A stretch of 23,551 nucleotides of DNA, from assembly GCA_010093745.1 (NCBI GenBank), contig MU005985.1:186001-209551 (forward strand), given 5' to 3'. The notes beneath the pieces were generated by a model. The model did no database searches. It was not told the origin of the DNA and worked only from the letters and a program-made list of their open reading frames with translations. Position 1 is the first letter of the stretch. Every line of letters starts with the position of its first letter. Source of the stretch: Piedraia hortae CBS 480.64 (lineage: Eukaryota). A program made the position numbers and the translations under genes. This document shows positions 1-9,130 of the stretch, in pieces.

Positions 1-357
1 CTCAAGAAGACGAACCTGCTCCGCTTTTTCGGCGAGGACCTTGTTTACTCCGCTGCTACCTCGTTGAACCCCCCCTCTTCCAAGCCGGATCCGGCTATCT
101 ACATCCATGCCTGCAAGGAATTGGGCGTCAAGCCCGAGGAGTGCCTCACTGTCGAGGATTCCAAATCTGGCGCCACCGCCGGCATGCGTGCCAACATTCC
201 CTTGATTGCCTACGTCGGCATCTACGGCATCGAAGAGGGAAAGAAGAAGGAGCAGGAAATGGCTGACCTTCTTACAAAGGAGTGCAAAGCTAAAGTGGTG
301 ATGTACGACTGGAAGGAGTTTCCGGCGTGTGTCAAGAAGATTGAGGAATCGTTGTAG
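1..357 (+). CDS. HAD-superfamily hydrolase (subfamily IA, beta-PGM/CbbY-like), 3' part; 5' end lies outside the window
   Basis: Frame is open from base 1 (LKKTNLLRFFGEDLVYSAATSLNPPSSKPDPAIY...). Contains HAD motif III KPDPxxY and motif IV 'CLTVEDSKSG'; TAG at 355-357. Confidence 0.88.
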   Translation, partial: LKKTNLLRFFGEDLVYSAATSLNPPSSKPDPAIYIHACKELGVKPEECLTVEDSKSGATAGMRANIPLIAYVGIYGIEEGKKKEQEMADLLTKECKAKVVMYDWKEFPACVKKIEESL

Positions 358-442
358 AGAGGTGAACTGAAGGGTTGACAGCACGATGATGTAAATAGAA
401 ACGCACGTTTGGCCCACGTGACATTTTGACATTACTTTGACA

Positions 443-937
443 ATGTAGGACTTGAAGCAAGTAGCCGATTGGAGCTGACTGGACAGGACCGTGTTCTCGC
501 TGCTGATAATCAACAAGGCGGGCGGACTGATATACCAGCGAACGTTTTCGCCGGGACTGCAGAACCTCAACTCCAACGATTATCTGGTATTGGCGGGCAC
601 ATTTCACGGCATCCATGCGATATCACGCACAATTAATCCCGTTCCGGAGCCGCCTCTGCCAAATCCAGTTCCGCCGGGAGTCCGTCGTCGTCCTTTAACC
701 ACAGGCATTGAGAGTCTGTCATCATCGCACTTTCGTCTGACGTGTTTCCAGACAGCCACCGGAGTCAAATTCCTACTATTCACCAGTCCCGAGCAAGCCA
801 ACACTGAAACGATCATCCACCGCTGCTACGAAATATACGGCGACTACGTGGTCAAGAATCCGTTTTACAGTCTGGAGATGCCGATCCGCGTGGAGAAGTT
901 TGACCGCGCGCTGGCACAATATCTCCATCGTCCTTAA
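443..937 (+). CDS. TRS23: TRAPP complex subunit Trs23 / TRAPPC4 (sybindin family); exons 443-444 and 487-937
   Basis: Protein VFSLLIINKAGGLIY...LNSNDYLVLAGTFHGIHAI...FQTATGVKFLL...YEIYGDYVVKNPFYSLEMPIRVEKFD is the Trs23 signature. There is no in-frame ATG at 491. AT(443-444) + intron GTAGGA...GCTGAC...ACAG (445-486) + G(487) rebuilds ATG-ACC-GTG (MTVFSLL). Confidence 0.93.
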
Positions 938-1027
938 GCCATTCAGACAGCTAACTAGCCATACACCTAATTCATGCCATCCCATCCCATCCCGTCAGGG
1001 ATCCCTTTCCCCCCTTCTCTGAAAACT

Positions 1028-1927
1028 CTACTTCTTCATCTTACTATAATCCTTCAACACCCCAGACAGATGAACATTCGTCCTCTTCCCGTTCTTCCAC
1101 TCGACCCTCTTTCTCGGCTTCTTCTTCTCCTTCTGCACAATCACTTCTTTAACCGCACTCGTCGGCGTCAAACCGGCATTAACCAACTCCTCCCTCATCA
1201 ACGCCTCATCGGTCGGCAATTTAACCCTCATCCACGCCTCCACAAACTCCGTATCCGCCCTCCTCACCCCATCCAAATAATACCCCGGCTCATCCCGCCA
1301 AATCACTCTTGGCGAATTATCCTTCTTATGCCTCAACATCAGCACCCTCCCCTCTCCCTCCAACCTCTCCAGCACGGGAACGCAATCCTCCCACCCATCC
1401 TTCAAATCCTTAACCGTAACGCCGGCTGCGGTCTCCAGGGTCGGGAGATAAGCCAACAACTCCGCCTCATTCCTAACCGGATGGATGGGTTTATATTCGA
1501 ATAAATCCCCTTCGCGCTCTTTTTTGTTTTTGGGAGAAGCGGAAAGACCTGCTTCGCGGAAGGCGGGGGAGGGGGTATAGATTACGCGACTGTTTGCGGC
1601 GATGGCTTTGTGTAACAGGTATTCACGCGCCAGGACGTCGTGCGAGAGGGAGAGGTATTCGATCAACCGCGCGTAGGTGACGGATGTGCCGTTGTGTTTT
1701 TTTAGGTACTCTAGAATCTGGTTGGAGTGCCGGAGGAGGTTGAGGTCTGTTATTGGGCGGGCGGGGGGTTTGGTGAGAGGGCGGGTGGTGGTTGGTTTGA
1801 GGGGGGTAGGGCGGCTAACGCCGCTGCTGGTGCTGGGTTGGACAGGCCGCGAGTGGGAAATGTTGCGCGAGACGGTCGCGGAGCGCTCGGCTTGGAATTG
1901 AGAGAGGGAGGTGCTGAGGTTGGGCAT
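1028..1927 (-). CDS. TFA2: Transcription initiation factor IIE beta subunit
   Basis: 299-aa ORF with winged-helix-type segments QILEYLKK, YKPIHPVRNEAELLAYL, GVTVKDLKDGW, KDNSPRVIW and the conserved tail LVNAGLTPTS...KRTNVHLSGVLKDYS. Confidence 0.93.
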   Translation of the reverse strand: MPNLSTSLSQFQAERSATVSRNISHSRPVQPSTSSGVSRPTPLKPTTTRPLTKPPARPITDLNLLRHSNQILEYLKKHNGTSVTYARLIEYLSLSHDVLAREYLLHKAIAANSRVIYTPSPAFREAGLSASPKNKKEREGDLFEYKPIHPVRNEAELLAYLPTLETAAGVTVKDLKDGWEDCVPVLERLEGEGRVLMLRHKKDNSPRVIWRDEPGYYLDGVRRADTEFVEAWMRVKLPTDEALMREELVNAGLTPTSAVKEVIVQKEKKKPRKRVEWKNGKRTNVHLSGVLKDYSKMKK

Positions 1928-2223
1928 GATGGTCCTCTTGGGGTAGGGTTGCTTCGCTGGGGTGGTGGATGATTCTTGCTGTGTGCGATTGTAGCGTCGC
2001 CTTTCTTGGAGTATTGTACGGTGTCGCTTGACCAGAGTGCGATTGACGGCGTTGGAAGTGGTGGTGTCGCTCGCTGGAGTGCGATTGGTGTGCTGTCCTG
2101 GCTAGCGCCGGCCCGTCCCGGCGCCCGGAAGCGGGCCAAACTTCAACGCAGCTGCACCTGCGAACGCGTGTGCAGAATGCCGGCACAGTCTTTTCAACAT
2201 TCATTCTAGCCGTCAAGAACGAA
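1928..2223. promoter_or_regulatory. Short divergent (bidirectional) promoter region between TFA2 and MLP1
   Basis: 296 bp between the two head-to-head ATGs. Contains a GC-rich inverted repeat GCGCCGG-N6-CCGGCGC (2105-2124) and an ACGCGT (MCB-type) hexamer at 2165; individual sites are not validated. Confidence 0.55.
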
Positions 2224-5200
2224 ATGCGCACGCGCTCTCGCGACCACGCGCTGGACGTTGCGTTCGTCGCGGCCGCGCTTGGCGCCGATGAAGAGGAACT
2301 CCAGACCCTCTGCGACTCGCCCACGGCCGATGGTGTCAAGGCTCTGCTTCTTGCGGTTTCGGGAAAGGTTCAAGACTACGATGCTCTCAAAGCGGATAAA
2401 CTCCGCGTGGATGTTGAGCTGGATAATGCGGTTCGCTCCGCGGATGCTAAAGTCAAGGCTCAAAAGGCGCTCGTTGCAAAGTATCTGAAAGAGGTGGAGG
2501 CGTTGGGCGTCAAGGCTGCTGACGCAGAGGCTGCGCGTGATGGCGCTGTTAGGGAGCTAGAGACGCTGCGCGCGGATACGTCCGGGTCGACGGAGGAGGT
2601 CAAGAGTTTGAGGAAGAAAGTGGAGAGCCTGGAATCGGCGAATCGGGATGCAATGGTTCTGGTGGAAAAGAAGACGGGTGAAAAGGATCGTCTTGCGCAG
2701 GAGTTGAGTGAACAGCACGGTAAGCTTATGGCTCTGCGGAAAGAGGTGGGCCAGCTGGAGGAGACCAAGCAGAGCCTGGAGAATGCGGCAGCTAGTCAGA
2801 GGTTCAAGGAACAGAGCCTCAAGCAGGAGATTGAGCTGCTGAAGAAGAACAATGACTGGCTGAGCTCCGAACTGCAGACTCGGTCACAGGAGCATGCGAC
2901 GTTTAGGAAGGAGCGGAACGCTCGCATCGCTGCGCTGCAGAGGGAGGTGGAAGATGCAAATGCTGCTATCGAGGTGTTGAAGCATACAGAGACGACGCTG
3001 AAGCAGAGACTGGAAGAGTTGCAGAGCAAGGCGGACGATGCCTTTGCGCGTATAGCCCAGTTGCAAGAGGAAGCGGCGCGTAAAGAGCAGGACTTTGCCG
3101 CTGAACTGAGCTCGAGTAAGCGTCTTGCTGAACTGCAGAAACAGAATGCGCAGACTCACAAGAACCGCCTTGCTGCTGTCGAGGTGCAGCTGGAACAGGC
3201 GAGGGATGAAGCCGCCGAGGAAGTGGGACGTCTGCAGGCGGAACTCGAGACCAAAGCAGCGGCCGAAGCCCGAGTCGCCGAGTTGGAGTCTGCCGTTGAA
3301 CACATGGAGAGGCAGTCAATGGTTTCCTCTGTTCGTTCTGCCTCGCCCATGCCTGGCACCCTTCGTAAATCTGTCAACGGCCTTAGCTTCACCCAGCTCT
3401 ATACACAATTTGCCGAAAAGGAACGGGAGCTTGCGATGGAGAAGCAGCGATCGGATCAGCTCTCTACGACGCTTGATGAACTGGTCACGCAGCTGGAAGC
3501 CCAAGGACCGGCATTGGCCGAGGTCAAGGCGGAACAGGAGAGGCTGGAAGAGGAAGTTTTGCAGTACTCCAAGATGCTGGACTCGTCAAATCAGGCCAGA
3601 GATGCCGCTATCAAGGAGAGCCAGAACTGGCAGAGCGAGGCTAATGCCAATTCCCGTGAGGGCGACATCCTCCGTCAGCAGCTGCGGGATCTCTCCGCCC
3701 AGATCAGGATGCTGCTGGTCGAGGCACAGAGCAGAGATCAGGGCCTTGGCGAGATGTCCTCGGCCGAGCGTCTGGAGCTGGAACGGGCTGCCAGAGGGGA
3801 TGTTGATGAACACCTCACTGATACTGGCCGCTTCATTGCCGAGCGGCTTGTCATCTTCCGCAATGTTTCTGAGCTGCAGGAGAAGAACCAGCAGATGCTG
3901 CGTCTTGTGCAGACTCTCGGCGACCAGCTGGAAGGAGAGGAAGTCCGGGAGAAAGAGAGACAGACGGAGGCGTTTAAGAACGAGAATGAAGAGCTGAGGC
4001 AAGAGGTCAGCCGTCTGAAGGAGGAACTACAGGGGAATACGGTCCAGATTGAGAGCTACATGAAGGAGAGAGACATGTTCCGCCGAATGCTGCAGCACCG
4101 CGGTCAGTTGGCTGAAGATTCTGACCTTCAAAGCATGTTTGGCCATAGCGTTGCGCCTCAAACGCCGCGTCGTCTGGATACGCCGTCCAGGGATGTAGAA
4201 GACTTGAACAAGGTGCTGCGTGAACAGCAAAAGTTCTTTGACCAGTACCGTGAAGAGTCTGCAGAGGACCGGAAGCTTCTCCGGGAACAGGTTGATGCTC
4301 TGGCAAGGGAAAAATCGGCCATGCAGACTGACCTCGCTCGTGCCCAGTCCCAGCTCTCCCTCGCCCAGGAGCGGTACGAGATGCTGCAGTCCAACTTTGC
4401 TGCTCTCCGATCTGAAAATTCCGAATTGTCCAAGCACAGCCGCACCATGGCTGAACAGGCCGCCAGGCAGGACCTCCGCACGCAGCAGGTTGCCGAAGAG
4501 CTGGTTGAGGCCAGATCCATGACTGAGACGATGCGCAACGAGAATGCAAATCTCAAGGCGGAAAAGGATCTCTGGCGACGCATCGAGGTGAGGCTGTCCG
4601 AGGATAACAAGACCCTCATGGATGAACGCAGCAGGCTCAATAAACTCGTCAGTGATTTGCAGAATCTCCAGAATGAACGCGAACTGGACGAGGCAGAGAA
4701 CAGACGCAGATTGCAGTCCAAGGCCGATAACCTCGAAGCTGAGCTCTCTGAGGTGGCGAAGAAGCTGGAAAAGGAAATCGATACCAGTCGCCAGGCTGCC
4801 CAGAGGAGGGAGTTTGACGAGACGCAGAGCCGAGCGAGGATGGATGATCTCGTCAAGAGTCTGAGTAACGTTCGGGAAGAGCTCGTTGCGGCAAAGACTG
4901 CCCGAGATCAGCTCCAGGAACGCGTTGACGAGATGAAGATTGAGCTGAGGTCGGCGGAGGAGAAGCTTGCGGCGCTGTATCCACGACAGACGCCTAAGCC
5001 GACGGAGAATCATGACGACTTACCGCCCGAGCAGCGTCTTGCTTTGGAAGTGTCTGATCTCCGTCGTGAGCTGGAGCTTGCCCGTAAAGATCTCGAAGGC
5101 GCACGTCACCAGGTCGAGCAGTATCAGGCTATTGCGCAACAGACGGAAGACCAGCTGGCCTCGTTCCAGGAAACTTCTGATCAATACAAGGAAGAGACTG

Positions 5201-8154
5201 ATCGCGTCCTGGCTGAGAGGAATGCCAAGATCAAGGACCTCGAGCAGCGGGTTGAAGATCTTCTGGCTGAACTCACGACGACCAACGCAGAAATGTCTGA
5301 GTTACGGAGTAAGCATGAAGATGCTGACCGTGTCTTGTCTGAGCAGAAAGCTCTCTACGAGCAGGACCTTTCTAAGCTCAAGGACGACGCTGAGAAGCAT
5401 GCAGAGGAGAAGAAGATGCTTCATCAGGATCTCAAAGCGCAGGCTGAGATTGCTGCCTCGGCGCAGGCGTCATATGAGAATGAACTCGTAAAGCATGCTG
5501 AAGCCGCGCGGCAGCTGCAGTCTGTTCGTTCTGAACACAATGTTCTCCGCACATCAGTGGCCGAGCTGCGGTCAGAGGCGGATGCTGCCAAGGCTACTCT
5601 AGAAAGCAACACGGCCAGCTGGGGCGAGCAACGATCTGCCCTGGAGGGCGAAATCTCCGAGCTTCGTCGTCGCAAGGATGATGTAGACAAGCAGAATAAG
5701 CTGCTACATGAACAGATGGAGGCCTTTTCGTCTGAATTGGCTGCCCTCCGCGCCAACAGGGCTCTCCCTGACGACGACAATGCAGAAGACAACCTTCAGC
5801 AGATCATCATCTATCTGCGTCGTGAGAAAGAAATCATCGAAGTGCAATACGAGCTGCAGATGCAAGAGGCGAAACGGCTACAGCAGCAGTTTGACTATTC
5901 CAATTCTCAGGTTGAGGACCTTCGTGAGAAACTGCTACAAGAACGTCGCAATGCGGCTCAGCCTAATGAAGCCTCGACTACGAAGCTCATGGAGACGTTG
6001 AATGAACTGAACCTCTTCCGTGAGAGTGCTGTTACGCTGCGAAATGAAGCCCGGTCAGCACGCGAGCACCTCGCTGAGAAATCTAATGAACTTGCCCAGG
6101 CTCTCGAACAGTTGGAGCCTCTGCAAAGCCGCATCGCCTCTCTCGAAGCTGACATCGAAGTCAAGGACGGCGAACTTGCTCTTCTTACCAAAGACCGCGA
6201 CCACTGGCGCGAGCGCACCCAAAACATCATCTCCAAATACGACCGTGCTGACCCCGCCGAGCTTGAGCGGTTGAAATTTGAAATTGAAACGCTTCGTGGT
6301 GAGAGGGACGACCTGCAAAAGCGTCTCGAAGAGTTCAAACAGGAAACCGAGACGCGTATTGCCAATTTCCGGAAGCAGGCCAAGGAGCGTGATTCGAAGC
6401 AGAACGACCACAAGCGCGAGCTGGTCAATCAAGTCAACGCGCTCAACGCTGAATTGACCGAACTCAAGGCCAAGCAGGATGATGGCAAGGTTGCGTCTCT
6501 GGAGCAGCGCATCACCGAATTGGAGACTCTTCGAAACAGTGAAATCGAGGCATTGAAGCGGGGCCATGAGGCTGAGATTGTACGTCTGAAGGAAGCCCAT
6601 GAGGCGGAGTTAGCCTCTCTACGAAGCACACAAAACACCAGCCAGGAAGTGGCAGACCTAAAAGCCCAGCACGCCCACGAAATTGAGACTCTGACGAATC
6701 AACACAAAGCCGCTCTAAAAACCATCAGCACACCAAGCGAGAGTACCGACCTACCAGACCTCTCAGACGAGCAGGTCCGCGCGCTCATCAAATCCAACGC
6801 CCGCGTCAAGCAGATCCTAACCCAAAACATCCAAAAACGCATCTCCCTCGAGACAGACAGTCTTAGGAAAGCCATCGAGGGAAAAGAGCGCGAGATCGAA
6901 ACTCTCCGTCGCGAGGGCGAGAAAAAAGCCACCCAGGAGGAGCCACAACCGACCGAAGTAAAATCTCCCTCCGCGGACCTACAATCCCGCCTTCAAGAAG
7001 CAGAATCCGAACTCTCGTCCCTCCGGTCCAAACTCCAATCCACCGAGACAGAACTCGCAGAATGCAAATCCTCCCTCTCAGAAACCCAATCCACCCTCAC
7101 ACAAACCCAATCCCATCTCTCCAGCGCGGAGGGATCTCTCAGCATAGCCACCACACAACTTAAGAGCCTGAAACAGGATAACATGAAATACCGCTTCCAA
7201 GTGGGGCAGTTTCCGCTGATTCAAGCGAAACTGAGTATTGTGTCGAAAGCAGCGAGCGAGACGCCGCAGAAGGCTGTCGTGGAGGTTTGGGAGACGGTTA
7301 AGGTTTTTAAGCTCCCGCCGAAGACTGCGGATGTGGGAGCGTCGCCTGCTAAGGTTGAGGGGAAGGTACACGGTGGGAGTGGGGAGGGACAAGGTACTGA
7401 GATGGGAAAGGTAGGAAAGGGGGGGCAGACTCGGCCAGTTGCTCAGCCATCTGTAGAGGAGAAGACGCAGAATGCAGCAGCGGGGCAGTCCACTCAGCCA
7501 GCAACGCAGCCGGCTGCAGAGGATAAGACGCAACCAGCACAAGCGAATCAAGCTACCCAAGCTACCCGGCCATCAGCAGAAGAGAAGACTCAAGCGGAGC
7601 AATCTTCCCAGCCCCATCCAACTCAACTCTCCGAATCCGAACGTCTTAAAAAACGCCAAGAACGCTTCGGGGTGATTAACCCCTTCCAAGCCCAACAGGG
7701 AAGCCCATTCCAGCAAAGTAATCCGTTCTTACAGCCTTTCAACCCTACCGCATCGATTTTCACGCCGGAGGGGAGGGGGGGGAGGAGTGGGATTCCAAGG
7801 GGGGGGAAATCACATCTTCCTGGTCCTGCCGCGGGCACTAATTCCGGGGCGGATGGGGCGTTGTCTGGTGGAGCGTCATCCGCTGCCGCAGGCGCTGGTG
7901 CTGGTGGTGGAGCGGGTGGTAATTCTGCTGGTGCTGCTGGTGGTGCGGATACAGGTGGGGCGGCGGCAGATAACGCTCCCCCCGCCGCTGAAATCTCCTT
8001 CCACGGTGCCGCGGCGAGGGGTTCGTCTAGAGGACGGGGGTCAAACTTACCTAGGGGGAACGCTGGCAGAGGGAGGGGCGGTATTGCGGGGCAGAAGAGG
8101 GGTGCGGATGAGCAGACTACCACGAGGGGGGGGAAGAGGGCTAGGAGTCGGTAG
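2224..8154 (+). CDS. MLP1: Nuclear-basket nucleoporin Mlp1/Mlp2/TPR-like long coiled-coil protein (~1976 aa, apparently intronless)
   Basis: First in-frame ATG at 2224 (the track start at 2170 is GTG). Mlp1/TPR-type segments QEIELLKKNNDWLSSEL, SFTQLYTQF, LVIFRNVSELQEKNQQMLRLV, ERDMFRRML, AQASYENELVKHAEAA, IIIYLRREKEI, LNELNLFRESAVTLR, WRERTQNIISKYDRADP; disordered basic C-terminus. Confidence 0.92.
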   Translation: MRTRSRDHALDVAFVAAALGADEEELQTLCDSPTADGVKALLLAVSGKVQDYDALKADKLRVDVELDNAVRSADAKVKAQKALVAKYLKEVEALGVKAADAEAARDGAVRELETLRADTSGSTEEVKSLRKKVESLESANRDAMVLVEKKTGEKDRLAQELSEQHGKLMALRKEVGQLEETKQSLENAAASQRFKEQSLKQEIELLKKNNDWLSSELQTRSQEHATFRKERNARIAALQREVEDANAAIEVLKHTETTLKQRLEELQSKADDAFARIAQLQEEAARKEQDFAAELSSSKRLAELQKQNAQTHKNRLAAVEVQLEQARDEAAEEVGRLQAELETKAAAEARVAELESAVEHMERQSMVSSVRSASPMPGTLRKSVNGLSFTQLYTQFAEKERELAMEKQRSDQLSTTLDELVTQLEAQGPALAEVKAEQERLEEEVLQYSKMLDSSNQARDAAIKESQNWQSEANANSREGDILRQQLRDLSAQIRMLLVEAQSRDQGLGEMSSAERLELERAARGDVDEHLTDTGRFIAERLVIFRNVSELQEKNQQMLRLVQTLGDQLEGEEVREKERQTEAFKNENEELRQEVSRLKEELQGNTVQIESYMKERDMFRRMLQHRGQLAEDSDLQSMFGHSVAPQTPRRLDTPSRDVEDLNKVLREQQKFFDQYREESAEDRKLLREQVDALAREKSAMQTDLARAQSQLSLAQERYEMLQSNFAALRSENSELSKHSRTMAEQAARQDLRTQQVAEELVEARSMTETMRNENANLKAEKDLWRRIEVRLSEDNKTLMDERSRLNKLVSDLQNLQNERELDEAENRRRLQSKADNLEAELSEVAKKLEKEIDTSRQAAQRREFDETQSRARMDDLVKSLSNVREELVAAKTARDQLQERVDEMKIELRSAEEKLAALYPRQTPKPTENHDDLPPEQRLALEVSDLRRELELARKDLEGARHQVEQYQAIAQQTEDQLASFQETSDQYKEETDRVLAERNAKIKDLEQRVEDLLAELTTTNAEMSELRSKHEDADRVLSEQKALYEQDLSKLKDDAEKHAEEKKMLHQDLKAQAEIAASAQASYENELVKHAEAARQLQSVRSEHNVLRTSVAELRSEADAAKATLESNTASWGEQRSALEGEISELRRRKDDVDKQNKLLHEQMEAFSSELAALRANRALPDDDNAEDNLQQIIIYLRREKEIIEVQYELQMQEAKRLQQQFDYSNSQVEDLREKLLQERRNAAQPNEASTTKLMETLNELNLFRESAVTLRNEARSAREHLAEKSNELAQALEQLEPLQSRIASLEADIEVKDGELALLTKDRDHWRERTQNIISKYDRADPAELERLKFEIETLRGERDDLQKRLEEFKQETETRIANFRKQAKERDSKQNDHKRELVNQVNALNAELTELKAKQDDGKVASLEQRITELETLRNSEIEALKRGHEAEIVRLKEAHEAELASLRSTQNTSQEVADLKAQHAHEIETLTNQHKAALKTISTPSESTDLPDLSDEQVRALIKSNARVKQILTQNIQKRISLETDSLRKAIEGKEREIETLRREGEKKATQEEPQPTEVKSPSADLQSRLQEAESELSSLRSKLQSTETELAECKSSLSETQSTLTQTQSHLSSAEGSLSIATTQLKSLKQDNMKYRFQVGQFPLIQAKLSIVSKAASETPQKAVVEVWETVKVFKLPPKTADVGASPAKVEGKVHGGSGEGQGTEMGKVGKGGQTRPVAQPSVEEKTQNAAAGQSTQPATQPAAEDKTQPAQANQATQATRPSAEEKTQAEQSSQPHPTQLSESERLKKRQERFGVINPFQAQQGSPFQQSNPFLQPFNPTASIFTPEGRGGRSGIPRGGKSHLPGPAAGTNSGADGALSGGASSAAAGAGAGGGAGGNSAGAAGGADTGGAAADNAPPAAEISFHGAAARGSSRGRGSNLPRGNAGRGRGGIAGQKRGADEQTTTRGGKRARSR

Positions 8155-8722
8155 ATGTATAAAGGCTGTATGGATGTGTGGGAGTGGACTTCGTAGATGA
8201 AAGGGTTGGGGTAATGGATTTTAATTTCTTTTTTTGTGCTGTTCTGTTCTGTTTTCATGTCCGAGAGAGGAACCCAAGCTAACCTTAGATGCCAGGTAAT
8301 TTTTGGGATGAGGTAGGGGTATAAAGTGGATGGTAAGGTGGTGCTGAATGGAGTTTAGTTTTCCTATCCAGGGTATCTCTGGGTTCGGATTGGCCGCCCT
8401 GCGAGACCTCATGTACATAACGGAAACACGATACGCGATAGATCGATCTCACGGCCTTGTCTCTCCAAATACTAGCTAGAAACGAGCGCACAGAACTCCT
8501 CAAGCGATGGAGTCACCAATACGGCCAGCATCGCATCTCACATATTGTCATCAACGCAGAGCTGCAAATCCTGACCCAAATCCCCAAAAACTTCGGTGGG
8601 GTTAGGCGCGTTTAGTGAAACGCAGAAGATTTTCCCCTCCAAAACACCAATTGATGTCAAAACACGATAGTCATACCTCAAACACGCTTAATTTCGCAAT
8701 ACTGGTACAAATCTTCATACTC

Positions 8723-8738
8723 AAAAAAAAAAAAAAAA
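8723..8738 (+). repeat. Poly(A)16 tract at the start of an AT-rich, T-run-rich intergenic stretch (to ~9060)
   Basis: Direct reading. Confidence 0.9.
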
Positions 8739-9090
8739 GTCTAGTTTTTGCCCTCCGTTGTTTCTGTCCCAAGACACAGCTTTTTTTGTTCATAACGCTT
8801 GCTTTTTGCCTTTCGTTTTTTTGCATTTGAAATTTTTTTTTACCTTCCACTTTCATTCTTACTTTTCGGTTTTACTGACTTAGAAATGTTTATAGACATG
8901 GCAAATTTTGCTTTTCCTGGACATGTTTTCGTTTGATATGCTGGGTACGCTTTTCTTGGAGTGAATACCGTTTTTGGGGAAGTACAGTTGTGGAGATGTG
9001 TGGGGGCATGTGACGTGTCACCCAACAATTTTTTTTTGGGCAGTGGACTCCGTGGGAAGAAAATTTCCACCTCCTGCTGGGAATTCCTTC

Positions 9091-9130
9091 ATAGCTAATC
9101 ATAGCTAATCATAGCTAATCATAGCTAATC
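9091..9130. repeat. Perfect 10-bp minisatellite (ATAGCTAATC)x4
   Basis: Four exact consecutive copies. Confidence 0.97.

Noticed and set aside
2170..2223. N-terminal extension of MLP1 in the ORF track
   Set aside because: It starts at GTG; the first ATG is at 2224, and eukaryotic initiation there is more plausible.
7770..7806. G-run cluster with quadruplex potential
   Set aside because: Explained by Gly/Arg codons and the local G skew; no independent support.
2206..8258. Many overlapping antisense and alternate-frame ORFs (up to 328 aa) within MLP1, and similar ones within TFA2 and the 806-aa gene
   Set aside because: Shadow ORFs expected from GC-rich, biased codon usage; no recognisable motifs.
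8581..8980. 11-bp inverted repeat TCCCCAAAAAC / GTTTTTGGGGA as MITE ends
   Set aside because: Low complexity, does not extend, and has no TSD.
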